In this document: piece by piece, positions 38,734 through 50,800 of the stretch | How positions within the stretch are numbered: position 1 is the stretch's first letter | Layout: each line of letters opens with the position of its first letter | From: Gordius albopunctatus | Taxonomy: Eukaryota | Direction of reading: 5' to 3' | Assembly (NCBI GenBank): GCA_964276515.1 | Contig: OZ193910.1 | Span: 6,324,001-6,388,000, forward strand | DNA length: 64,000 nucleotides | The notes under the pieces: generated by a model | The model's database searches: none | Seen by the model: only the letters and a program-made list of their open reading frames with translations | Told to the model about the DNA's origin: nothing | Made by a program: the position numbers and the translations under genes

Positions 38734-38788
38734 ATAGTAGCTTATAAAGGAAGAAAAATAGTGTCAACTCAGGAACATGTATGAGCAA

Positions 38789-40046
38789 CAGTGGCGTATG
38801 CAGGATTTGATTTTGGGGGTGGTTTTAATTTTTCTTGGGGGGGGGGGGGTTTAAATAAAAATCATCTCAATTTTACAATTTATCCAAATACAAACACATT
38901 TACAAAAGATATTTATTATAAACGTCATATCATATAATTTGATGAAATAGTATGGGGAAAAATTATCTGCGCGATTTAGACAAAAATTCATTGATTATAT
39001 CTTGAGTGTCTTGAACTAAATCTCTATGAATATTTAACAAGGTCAAACCTATGAGCCTATACAAAATTAAAATTTTTAATAAAATGTATTTCCCTCTCTT
39101 GACCAGTTGTATTCCTCAAGTAGGTTTTGAGTCTTCTGAGCGTTGAAAAACTTCTTTCATTAGAAAAAATCTGGTATAACGTTCTTATATTTGGATATAA
39201 GAACAGTTTGGGACTATGATTGGACAATGCATTTAGTGCATTGGAAGGGAGGGCTTCAGGGTTACAATCTTTGAATGATTGATACCATAGTTTGATTTCA
39301 GCTTTGTATAGTTCTTGATTTCCATTCAAATCATCCCCATAAAAATGAGTTAAATTCAAAAAGTTTGCCAATTTAGCTTTAGATAGCTTTACAGGTGGTT
39401 ATAGTAGTAAAGCATGAAACCCCATAAGAATTTGTTTATTCTGAAGAAACCTTGTGTCCATTTCTACCAAAAATGTGTCTAAGAATGCATTATACAGCGT
39501 TATTCTAATCTTCTATATTTTTTTGATAAAGTTTGCTATATCATAATTATTTCTATTGTTCATTGAAATATCTGGTGGTGATGTTGATGTACAAGGATCT
39601 TGCTCCACATGAACTACATCTAAAATTAACATCTAACTGTAATCATTTTAAAATCTTACCACCAGCAGGTCCTTTTTCCACATAAACTAAATCTAAAATT
39701 AATATCTAACTATAATCATTTTAAAATCTTACCACCAGCAGGTCCTTGTTCCACATGATTAACATTTTTGGCACAATATTTAAATACCGAGCCTTATCTT
39801 TTATTCAAATTGATAGAGGAATATTTATATGAAATGCTTACGTTTTATAACCACAAGGAAAATTGAGTAAAAATATATTAACGCTTAAAAATACTTTAAT
39901 GGTTGTTGAAAATAAGTGCTCCTCATAGTTAATTAAAACTCATTTCATAGTATTTATTATATAATGCGATATTAGAAAAAAAATATTTTTTCGAAATCCG
40001 CGGGGGTGGTTTGATCCGCATATCCACCCCCTTGCATACGCCACTG
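38789..40046 (-). mobile_element. Non-autonomous hAT (Tip100-like) element
   Basis: TIRs CAGTGGCGTATGCA / TGCATACGCCACTG; near-TSD ATGAGCAA vs ATTGAGCAA; YPNIRTLYQIF..NERSFSTLRRLKTYLRNTTGQER; internal ~73-bp tandem duplication at 39600-39760. Confidence 0.85.
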
Positions 40047-41851
40047 ATTGAGCAACAATATTAGTTGCAAAATAATTTGGTTATTCTTCATTAGCGTAGT
40101 GAGGGGGTGCTCCTCACTAAATCCCAAAAAACTTATAAATTTTATTAAATTATGGCTAAAATATAAAAAAATTGTTATTTTTCTCCTCAAAATCATTATT
40201 GCCCCCCCCCCACTCTAATTAATCCTAGCTACGCACATGTTATTATTATTAACTTTAAAAATATCTACTTGGAATAATTTGATTTGTATCACTAATGTCA
40301 TCATTTTGAATAATCTTTATTTCATAATTGTTTCGATATATATAGTAGCTATGGTAAAAATATTCAAATGTTGGTAAATGCGTAATGAATGAGATATATA
40401 CAAAAGCTGTTTGTTTGACAACATAAAGAGGAGATAGAAGAAATTAAAATATTAAAAGCATTTACAAAATGAAATTGATGTTCCTCATTTCCTCATCGTT
40501 TAAATTAAAATAAGGAACGGTTGTTGTTATTATTTTATCAGCCCGCTTTGCCTGATAAAGAGGGGGGGGTGGGGAACGGAATGCTTTTTGCATAACTAGA
40601 ATATGCGATGCTATATGGACGGCCACACAGATTTTTGGCACATTAGTCATCAGCATCATGCTGCTGAATGAAACATTTATGGAATCATTTTTGATACAAT
40701 TTTAAGCACGCATTTACAATCATCTGCTTTCCATATAAAGACGCATCCCCTTTTCCACATAATATTCCACGTTTAGTCTTCTTTCACGGTATATTTCCTT
40801 TATAATTACATTATTATATTAATTGTAATATTTCTCGATCGAGAGGAAAAATCAGCCACGGAGGCTATATAGATGACCCTGGGTCATATTTTTACACCTT
40901 TATTTTAGGTAACTTTTATTATTTATTTTCATTTTTTAACGTAAATTTTAAGAATATTTTCTGATTTAAAAATACACCATTTAAAATTAAAACATTAATA
41001 AAGTTAATGAAATCATAAATTTTTTGTATATATTTATAGTTTATATAATTCAAAAATAATTGAGACTTATTTTTATATAAAAAATCCAGTCAATCCGTGC
41101 TATGGCAATAATCGAAATTTAAACGTTTTACTCCCATCGTTACCATATTCATTAATAAAAACATTGGTAAATCTCAACATTGGATCGTATTTACAATAGT
41201 TTAGTCTAAAAAAGTAGTTTTTATATCTAATTTTTTCATATCAAAGCCAAAGTAACACTTTTTGACAAAGCAACCGTATTGTCCATGTTGCCTTAGACAT
41301 ATTTTTAGATATTAGTTAATTAATCCAATTTTATCCAATATAATAATTCAAACAAAACAAATTTAATAAAGAGGGTAAAAATCTAGCCCACATTTGGAAG
41401 CCATTATTTAAAAAATCTATAGTCGTTCCTACCTAACTCTACCAATGTGATGACACAAATTTATAAAAATTGAATTTTATTTAAATGAGCACTGTTTTTA
41501 TTAGAAAACTTAAGTGATAGGAAGTTATAGTATGTACAAAACACTTTTTTTTCATCGCATTGCCAATTAATGAGATTAATGGGAACGAAAAGGCGATAAC
41601 AAATTTCGTGAAAGTCGTTTAGCTGTACATAAATAGTTAAAAACACAATTTTTTTTATTTACTTAAATCAAATTATGTTTGAAGTTCCCTTTTAAATTAT
41701 GCTTCAATGAAGTCCATAATTAATTTTACTTCATGCCTTGAATTTGGAGCATAAATATATTTATTATTTTTTATTATGAGCAATATATTTGAAATTATTA
41801 TTCAATCACAAAATAACTGTTCCTTTCACTAAACGGGTTGTAATTTGATAG

Positions 41852-44800
41852 ATTACATTACGTTCTATTTCTTCCCGCTGTCTGACAGTCAACAAATATC
41901 AACTTCCACAAGAAATAATAACAGCTTTGAGAATAACTCTAGAAAATGCCAAATCGTTGAGGACATTAAAGAAGAACATTTTTACGGCTTGGAATTAGCT
42001 CGTGAGTTATTAAACTTTAATAAGATAATAATAAATTTTAATTTTAAGCTAATGTCATTGGCACCCTGACATTTTTTTTAGAACGCATTTGATTATAAAC
42101 TTTTTCAAACGCATTTCCTCGTCACTAATTAAAGGGAAAGCAGTACACAACTCAACTAACTGCCTTTTATGTATTGTAGTTAAAATTATCTATAAATATA
42201 TATTATTATTCGACAGTCATCAGTAAAATACATAATCACATCTAAAAAAATTTATTGCCATCATAATATTGATCTTCTTGACAAACTATAAAACATAAGT
42301 AACACGAACTTCAAATTTAATCATAGACTTTAGGGGAAAAAAGAAAAATTTTATTTTTTTATTAAATAAAATATTAAACGAATTAAAAGTAGTTGGATAA
42401 AAGATTAAGACACTTATAAATGCCTCTAAAGGTTATATATAACTTTTTATTTTTATATTAAAATTCGTAATTAATTATTTTATAAATTCACTTGTTCGCT
42501 TGCCAAGGAAAAGAAGATGAATAGGCATTGCCCACTACCTAGATTTAAAAAATTGCCTATGGGTTAAATCAAAGTTATAAAATAATTTGACTTATTTCAT
42601 AGGAATTTAATTATTAATAAAGTCCATTAATAAACGATAGAAGTTGTTTTATTTATCTGCATCACCAGCACCGGACAAAAACGTGTTTTTAGAAGAGTTT
42701 AGATTAACAATTCTGATCTCAACACCAAAATACTTGGAGCCACACCCTATCCACTTAAAACTTTTGAATAAATATCATTGTAAGGAGTGGATGGATGCAT
42801 TGTATGAACAAATGGGTACAGGTAATTACATCACACACTGTAGGCATATTGATTAGAGCGCGAGTTCAACGTCGATATCCTGTATTCACCAGTTAAAAGT
42901 CAAGTTAAACTCGGCCCGGCTAAATTGCATGTGTTAAATGGGAAATTTTGTTTGGTTTCCACCTTTCCCCTGCCTACAATATTGGGTAATTGGAAATTTA
43001 CAGAATTAAAAAGATTTGGGAAGATGGGAAATAAATATTGTTTTGAGACAGGGACAAGGAATGGCCTCGATAAAAGTAAATTTTTGTATTATTAACAAAA
43101 ATAAACGAACTGTAAATGAAATAAATATCAAAATGAATTTAACATTATATTTTGTTTGTCATCACTCATCAGTTATTCATCTTTATATACAATAAATTTT
43201 GACAATCTCAGGCGGTGTATACATACTTGTATCGAACCAAGAAACAATAGACACCATTGAAGAAACCTTTAAAGATGCGTCTCTCTACAAAATGAAGCGC
43301 CCTTCAAGTAGTTTATTCAATAATTTGTTAATGAGTATTAGAAAAGTCAAAATATTTATAAAATATGCCACTATTTTAAACTTCCATGCATCACTAAGAT
43401 GGCAAAAAATTTAATTTAATCGTTCAATTAATTTACTAAAGTTGTTGCTTATTTCCTCTTAATCCCTACTAGAGGTCTGAATGAGCCGAAATTTTAGGGT
43501 CAGGCCATTTTTTTTGGCCCGCACCCGGCCCGCAAAAAAACCGAAATTGCGCAAACAAGCCTATTTCAAAATTATTTAACCATTTTGTATTGTTCGAAAA
43601 ATAACTTAACTAAAGCATCTAAATCGGGTTTATTCAAAAATTTATAGTCATTTAAAAACAAAAGACTATCTATTCTATAAGGGAATAATTTCGTTCTTCT
43701 CTGTTCAATATGTGCAAATACTCGTAGCACTGGTGGATGGAATTGACAAAAACTGAATAGCTAATTTTGTTAGTAGTCTAAGTTGGTGCTCTTTCCACCA
43801 TAAAATTACATCTAGCTGAGCATCAGGTTTAGATTCAACTTAAGTATCAACTTCGTTGAAATCTTCAAACTTTCCGTTTCATCATCCTCACAAATGGAGA
43901 TACCCATATCTGTCTCATCAATAGATTATTTCTTAGTATTGCACACCTGAGCTGGATTGCTTATAGGTGGACGACTTATGGAAGAAGAGCCAGGATCTTC
44001 TTGCATGGATTTGATTCAAAATTATGTTACCGAAGTTTTTACGAAGCTTCTTTCATCCTCGGGTAGCATTTTTAACGTGCGAAATTTAGGAACAAGAAAA
44101 GTTGATATTTTATGATAAATAACAATATTAAACTTTGAAATTAGCATAGTTTTGGCTCTTGATTTCAATTTATAGATCTCTAAGTCAACAGGATGATCAT
44201 TAAAAGTAGAAGATGTAAACAAATTTGGGATGCTTTTTAATTGTGTTTAAAAGGGGGAAACTTTATAGAGTGTTGGTGTCTTATCCGCTTCTAACTCGAT
44301 GCTTTACCTTTTCATAAGGTAAAAGCATATCTTATATATAAAAATGAAACTATGTATGTGTGTATGCCGCCACAAATTTTGGAGAACTAGCAGACCGATT
44401 CGGCTCAAAATTTCACAGTTTCTTCCCCACGTTCCGGAGCATGTTTTAAGATAGGTTCGAGCCAAATCGGTCTAATGGTTTTTGATTTAGTTCGTTTTAT
44501 ATGTTTTGCCGTTTAATAAACCGTCAATCAAACGCAACCTCATGACGTACTGCGTATCTATCGTGTAGGTAGTGTGATAAATGTAGACATGTGTTGCGAA
44601 AAATGGAAACCTTTTGCGCGCTTTGAAACATTAAATATCAAAGTCATTTTTTTGGTTATTTTTCACGTCAATTATTAATTGCTATGCAATTTATGGGCTC
44701 GTTTTTGGTTGTCCGTCGTCCGTCCGTCGTCCACCAAGTTATTTACACCAGCTTCCCGACCTGGAGGTTGCGGGTTCGAGACCCGGAGAGGACAAATTTT

Positions 44801-47800
44801 TTTTTTTAAATTAAATTAATATTTTGTTCTTGTTAATAATACCATTGATAATATGACTTTTTGACCGTCCGCAGGCTACTGACCAATGAAAAAATGACCA
44901 CTGGCCAGATAAATCGAAATTTTTAATTTTTCGTTTTTGAATAGTTTAACATTGATAATTACCCTATGCCCTCCCCTACAAGGGCCTATGGCTCTATTTA
45001 TATGGTTCCCTGTTCCCCTCCAAAGGTTTATGCCTCTATTTAATGTGGGTTCGAATCCCGGAGAGGGCAAAATTTTTATTTTTTTAATTAATTTAATATT
45101 TTGTTCTTGTTAATACCATTGATAATATGACTTTTTGACCGTCCGCTAGCTACTGACCAATGAAAAAATGAACATTGGCCAAATAAATCCTAATTTTTCG
45201 TTTTTCCTTTTTGAATAGGTTAACATTGATAATTGAAAAAAATTACCATTGGCCAAATAAATCGAAATTTTTTGTTCGTTTTTGAATAGGTTAACATTGA
45301 TAATTACCCTATACTTTTTAATAATTGCTATGCAATTTATCTAGTTTTTGGGTTAGAATCCCGGAGTTTTTTTGACTCTTATGATTGTTCTTGTTACTAT
45401 CAATGATAATAAGACTTTTTGGCCGTCCGCTGGCTGCTGACAAATGAAAAAAATGACCATTGGCCAAAATGTGTATCCGAGTTTATTTTTTCGTTTTTTT
45501 TGAATATTATGATTGTTCCTGTTTCTACCATTGCTATTATGACTTTTTGGCCGTCCGCTGGCTGCTGATTAATGGAATAAAATAACCATTGGCCAAAATG
45601 TGATTCGAAAACTTTTTTTTCGTTTTTTTTGACTATTATGAATTTATATCCACTTTTACCGTGTCCTGGCTGCTGACCAATGGAAAAAAATGACCTTTGG
45701 CCAAAATGTGATTCGAAAATTTTTTTTTCGTTTTTTTTACTCTTATGAATTTATATCTACTTTTACCGTGTGCTGGCTGCTGACCAATGGGAAAAAATGA
45801 CCATTGGCCAAAGAGAGCATCAAAATTTTTTTTCCGTTTTTTTGGCTATCATTGACTTATAGAGTATCTGTTGGTACTGACCAATGCAGAAGAAATGACC
45901 ATTGGCCAAATATTTGATTTTTTAAATTAAAAATTGTCCAAATTCAACAAAAAATTTCTCCCAACAATTCTGCAAATTCTTAACATTGTGGTGTTTTATA
46001 ATATAATGTTTGTTAGACCCATAATCACTAGAGGCCATAAAAACTAATGTAATATTTTTATTTATTCTCAAATGTGATATTTTGTTCATGATTGTTTTTT
46101 GCATGTGCTAGTGTTTAGGTTTTCAACATTAATATTCTTTCATATACATTTTTACACATTGAATTATTTATTTTAAAGATTACTATATTTTGTTTTTTTG
46201 TGTTCTTGCATAAAATTAGGTTTTGTCTTTCATTTATCTACATTATTAATTGTTTATTAAAATAGGGGTCGGGGCTAGTCGGAGAGGGGCTATTGCTAGC
46301 CATTTTTCATTGCGTTTTACAAATGGCATGATAAAAAGAAAAAATCTCACCCCTTCCCACCTTTCTCGCCCATAAATTGCATAGCAAATATGATACATTT
46401 ATACGGAGTGTAGATGAGTTCCCCCTTCCCTCCCCTCCTCCCCTTCCCCCTTCCCACGAGGGCCGAAGGCCCGAGTTTTTATTATTATAGGACGGTCTTG
46501 TCCCATCCTGCTTGGCTAAATAAATTTAAAAATCTAATTTTCTCATTTTTTGTGGGTTAAATAAGGAGAAAAATGAAAATACTTTTAACAAAGTGCCAAT
46601 AAATGTTGATATATCTCAGTTCTTCGGACATTATTAAGTTCAGAATTAAAAGTTTTATTCAGAAACAAATAATTATAATTATGATGATGTTTCTTAATTA
46701 CAAAAAAATATATATAAATTTCTTGAAGGGCCAGCAATGATTTTTCCCTTGGGGGGGGGCATGGGGCCAGGTTTTCTCTCTTGGGTGGGCCTTGGACCCT
46801 TTTTAACTATTTGTTTAAAATTTTTTGCATAATAAACACTTAACAATTATATTTGATATATTCTTAATTAGAACATATAGACATCAAACTTTATATTTAC
46901 TTTAATAACCGTTTTATCATCATATATGCCTAAAATTCCAACATAATTTAATACACCCGGGTAAATGGCAAACAACATTTGCCGGGTTCATCTAGTTAAT
47001 TAATAAAATGATATATTTTTTAAAAATGCATTCAAGTTTTTCCATTGAATCTTTGCCAGATAAAAAACTGATTATTTCATCATACATCTCATGCAAACTT
47101 TTTAACAATGATTTTTTAGTTGCCTCAGATTTTTGTTCGGAAATATATTTTTTATCATGAAGCTAATAAATCCATTATATTAATTAAATTCAAAATTTTT
47201 CACTTAACAAAGCCCAAGCCCGGCCCGCACTTTTTTTATTGCTCTATTTAAGGTCCGGCCCGGCCCATGCAGGCCTCTATTAGTTGCTATTAGGTTAACA
47301 TTGATAATTACCTATGCCCCGCCTATGCCTCTACTGATATGGGTCCCTGTGACCCCCCCCCCCTACAAACCCTATGCCTCTACTGATGTGGGTTTGAATC
47401 CCGGAGAGGGCAATTTTTTTTGTTTTTGTTTTTAAATTAATATATGCTAAGAGAATATATATTTTATTTAATATATAAAAAAGTATCACATGGGTAAAAT
47501 ACAATGGTAAATAAAATACTACAAAAGAAAACGCGTTAAAAACTAATCTGATGGCATTGATCCGTGTTGGATTGGACGATTTCCATAGTGATCTTTTGCC
47601 TGATATAGAAGAATTCCTTAGGTTCTAAAGAAGAGTTTGTCATCGCTTTCCCGATTTGTTTGAGGAAAGCGAGAGACTCTGAACCTAGGTTGCCAATAGT
47701 AGTAGCCACCATGGGGATGAAAACTGTATTGGTGAGAGTGGAATATTTTTCGGCCTTTTTCCTCTCTGCCTTGATTATAAGGTCGGGGGAAGAGTTTGAG

Positions 47801-50800
47801 GGGGCGAAGATGTCGACCGTAGTAAAATCCCAAGTGAGATTTAGACCGCGGGGCCAAGGTATGAGCGCATCCCGTCTGGTCTTTTTCCGTCGGTCGTACT
47901 GAGGCCGACAGGCTATAGGGTATTCGGATAACCGGCTTTTCGAAGGTATTGACCGACATGCGGGAATCAAAAAAATCATAGGTCAATACCTTTGAAAAGC
48001 CGGTTATAATTAATATATTGTTCTTGTTAATACCATTGATAATATGACTTCGAATTTTTTTTTCCGTCTCTTACGTATTTATATTTTTCTTGACCGTGTC
48101 CTGGCTATTGACCAATGAAAAAATGACTATTGGCCAAAGTTTAGCAAATTTTTTTTCTTCTATATTTTAAATATAGGCTATTTGCTGTTTGCTGGCTCCT
48201 GACCAATAAAAAAAATGACCACTGGCCAAAGTAAGATTAAGATCAATTTTTTTTTCTAGCTTATAATTATTGGCCAGTATTTGGCAGTCTGCTGGTTACT
48301 GACCAATGGAAAAAATGACCACTGGCCAAAGTGAGATTAAAATAGATTTTTTTTCTAGACTATAAATATAATTATAGACTAGTTATTTGGCTGTATGCTA
48401 ACCATTATAAAAAATGACCACTGGCCAAAGTGATGGAAAAAATGACCAATGACCAAGGTCTCATTGGAAATTTTTTCGTTTTTTAATATCTTGTTTATAC
48501 TATACATATGCGCATGATTTGAATAGTCATAATTCAAATTATGGGTCGCCTACACCAAATTGTTTAAATTTATACAGGATCAAAAAACTCTAAATTGAAA
48601 GTTGTACGTTTTGGATGGATGACTATTGGCTTTTCCAAGGTCATACCCTCTATTTGCGTTCCTTTCGTCATTTTGATTAATTTAGAAGTGGATAAATAAG
48701 AATGAATGAAATATTTTATACCCCCCTATGGGCATTCTCGCCCCTTCACACCTTTCTCGCCCATAAATTGCATTGCATTTATACGAAATATAGATGAGTT
48801 TTGTTCCCCCTTCCCTCCTACACCCCCCTCCTCTCTTCCCTTCCCCCCTGTCCACCAGGGCATGTTAATAGATCGCTAGATTACACTTTTTGCCGAAGGG
48901 AGGGAATGATTTATTTAAATTTTAAAAGCAAAATAGAAAATCAAATAAATACATGTCAGGTAATTAAACAGTATTTAAATTAATGTAAAATCGTCAAAAA
49001 TCTGACAAGACAAATTTAGAAATTTGTACTTTTAGGATAGAGTAAAGGGAAAATTTAACAGAAGGAAATCAAATCTTAAAAGTATTTGTTTATTCGGTAA
49101 AAACCTAACCTAAAAAATATCAAAAAATACTAATATAAAATAATTTTATGTTCTTCAAATGAAGTCCTAATTTTTGTTTATTTTGTAGATTTTTTAAAAA
49201 GTAATGATTTTTTTAATTAGTTATTTTTTAGTAATTCTATCTATTCAAGGCGACACATTTAATGTTAGCGTCGGATTATGTTAGGAGGTACTAAGATTGC
49301 TAGTAAATTAAATACCTGACCAATGTAGACATCTACAAAATTACTTTAGGGAGGGAAGATTTCCCTTCCACACCCCCAGACTCCCCTAGCTACGCAATTT
49401 GTTTCACCATGGGCTTTTATTAAAGCATGACAAATATATGCAAAAATAAGCGCGAGACAAAGTATGTAAAACGGTGTAATTTTGGCGAAAACGAATTAAT
49501 AGAGTAGTAAGAGCGGACAATAAGTTGAGGCGATTAACACGCAGAAAAACGAACGAATGATTTTCTGGGTTGCGATCGTGATTAAATAGTGACGGGTGAC
49601 GTGATCACCCTTGGGATTTAGTTCCGTTCTTACTCAGCTATCTCCTCGAAGAATTCGTTCTCCCCAAAACCCTAGATCGATGTCAGAGTCTTCTGTTGAT
49701 TTGGGTATCATGAAACCCTCTGTTATTAGGTTCGTATACGAGTAAGGGACTGTGTATCGGTCAGGCTGGTAGCCACGTTCGCGAAGGCCAGTCAGCCGGG
49801 GTGCCGTCGGTGGGAGTCCACTCCAGGTTAAAATGGAGGTCTAGTAAGTGAGTGAGGTCGTATGTGCCGATAAAGCTACTGATGATGCCCTCCACCAAAG
49901 GTTAGTTCGATCCTCATTTTCTAAAAACAAAAAAGGCTGAATGGAAGGTGTATTTACCTGCGGGAAGCAAAAGCCGTTGTGGAAGGCGTGAAGATAAGCG
50001 TAGTTGGCTGCGAGGGGTTCCGCTGCTGTTATGTGTGCGTTTTGGTGGCCAGGCTAGCCCAATGGTTCTTGCCTCTTCATCGAAGGTAATCAAGATGTTC
50101 TGTTCGCCCGAGGTGATCCCGATGTGGCTGTCGGAGGCGTCTGCCCAGATGTAGGTATCATGGGGGTTACAGAGTAGGACGGTTTTCTTTAACAAAGCTA
50201 GGCAGCCGAGCAACTTCTTTTTGCCTAGTAGCTTGTAGTGCCTGGGACCATGTGGGGAGACCTTGGCGTTGGATGGGGACAGGAGCTTCGACATTTCTGA
50301 TAGCTTGTAGAAGAAGTAATTCAGTTTCCCAACTTCTAATAGGGAGAAGTCATCTGGCCTCGTAAGCATCACGTTAATCACATACTATTGAAACAAACCT
50401 TGGAGTATTGAAATTTCGTATTTCAGTTAAAACTATTATAAATAAGCCAGGCACTGTATATCGTATAAATAGTACTTAACTTAATAATACAGGATCATTA
50501 GGACATCGCCACGAGCTTCGTTTATGGATCGGCTGCTTTTTTGATAAGCCTCGAGCCTAGGCTCTTCTACACATCGCAAATAAGCAGTATTTTGCTCTGA
50601 AATGTGGAGAAAAGGGCGAAAAGAGGGAAAAATATTTGTAAACCTCCTTAATAAACACAGACTATTGATTAATCGGTCATGCTTTATATTTATATTTTAA
50701 AATACTAGGAGTATTTACATTAATAGAACATTTTTAATTTTTGTTATATATAATATATCCTTTAAAAACTATATTAAACCGTATTAATCTTTTAAAATAT

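Noticed and set aside
37395..38784. Paralogous small ORFs ending RRTEIYQHLLALC
   Set aside because: Chance frames in repeated non-coding Helitron-like arms
44745..44795. Functional tRNA gene
   Set aside because: Only a T-arm/B-box-like half is present; no acceptor stem pairing or D-arm could be built
44873..48470. CRISPR-like repeat-spacer array
   Set aside because: Repeats are degenerate, spacers are mutually related, the context is a eukaryotic intron and there are no cas genes
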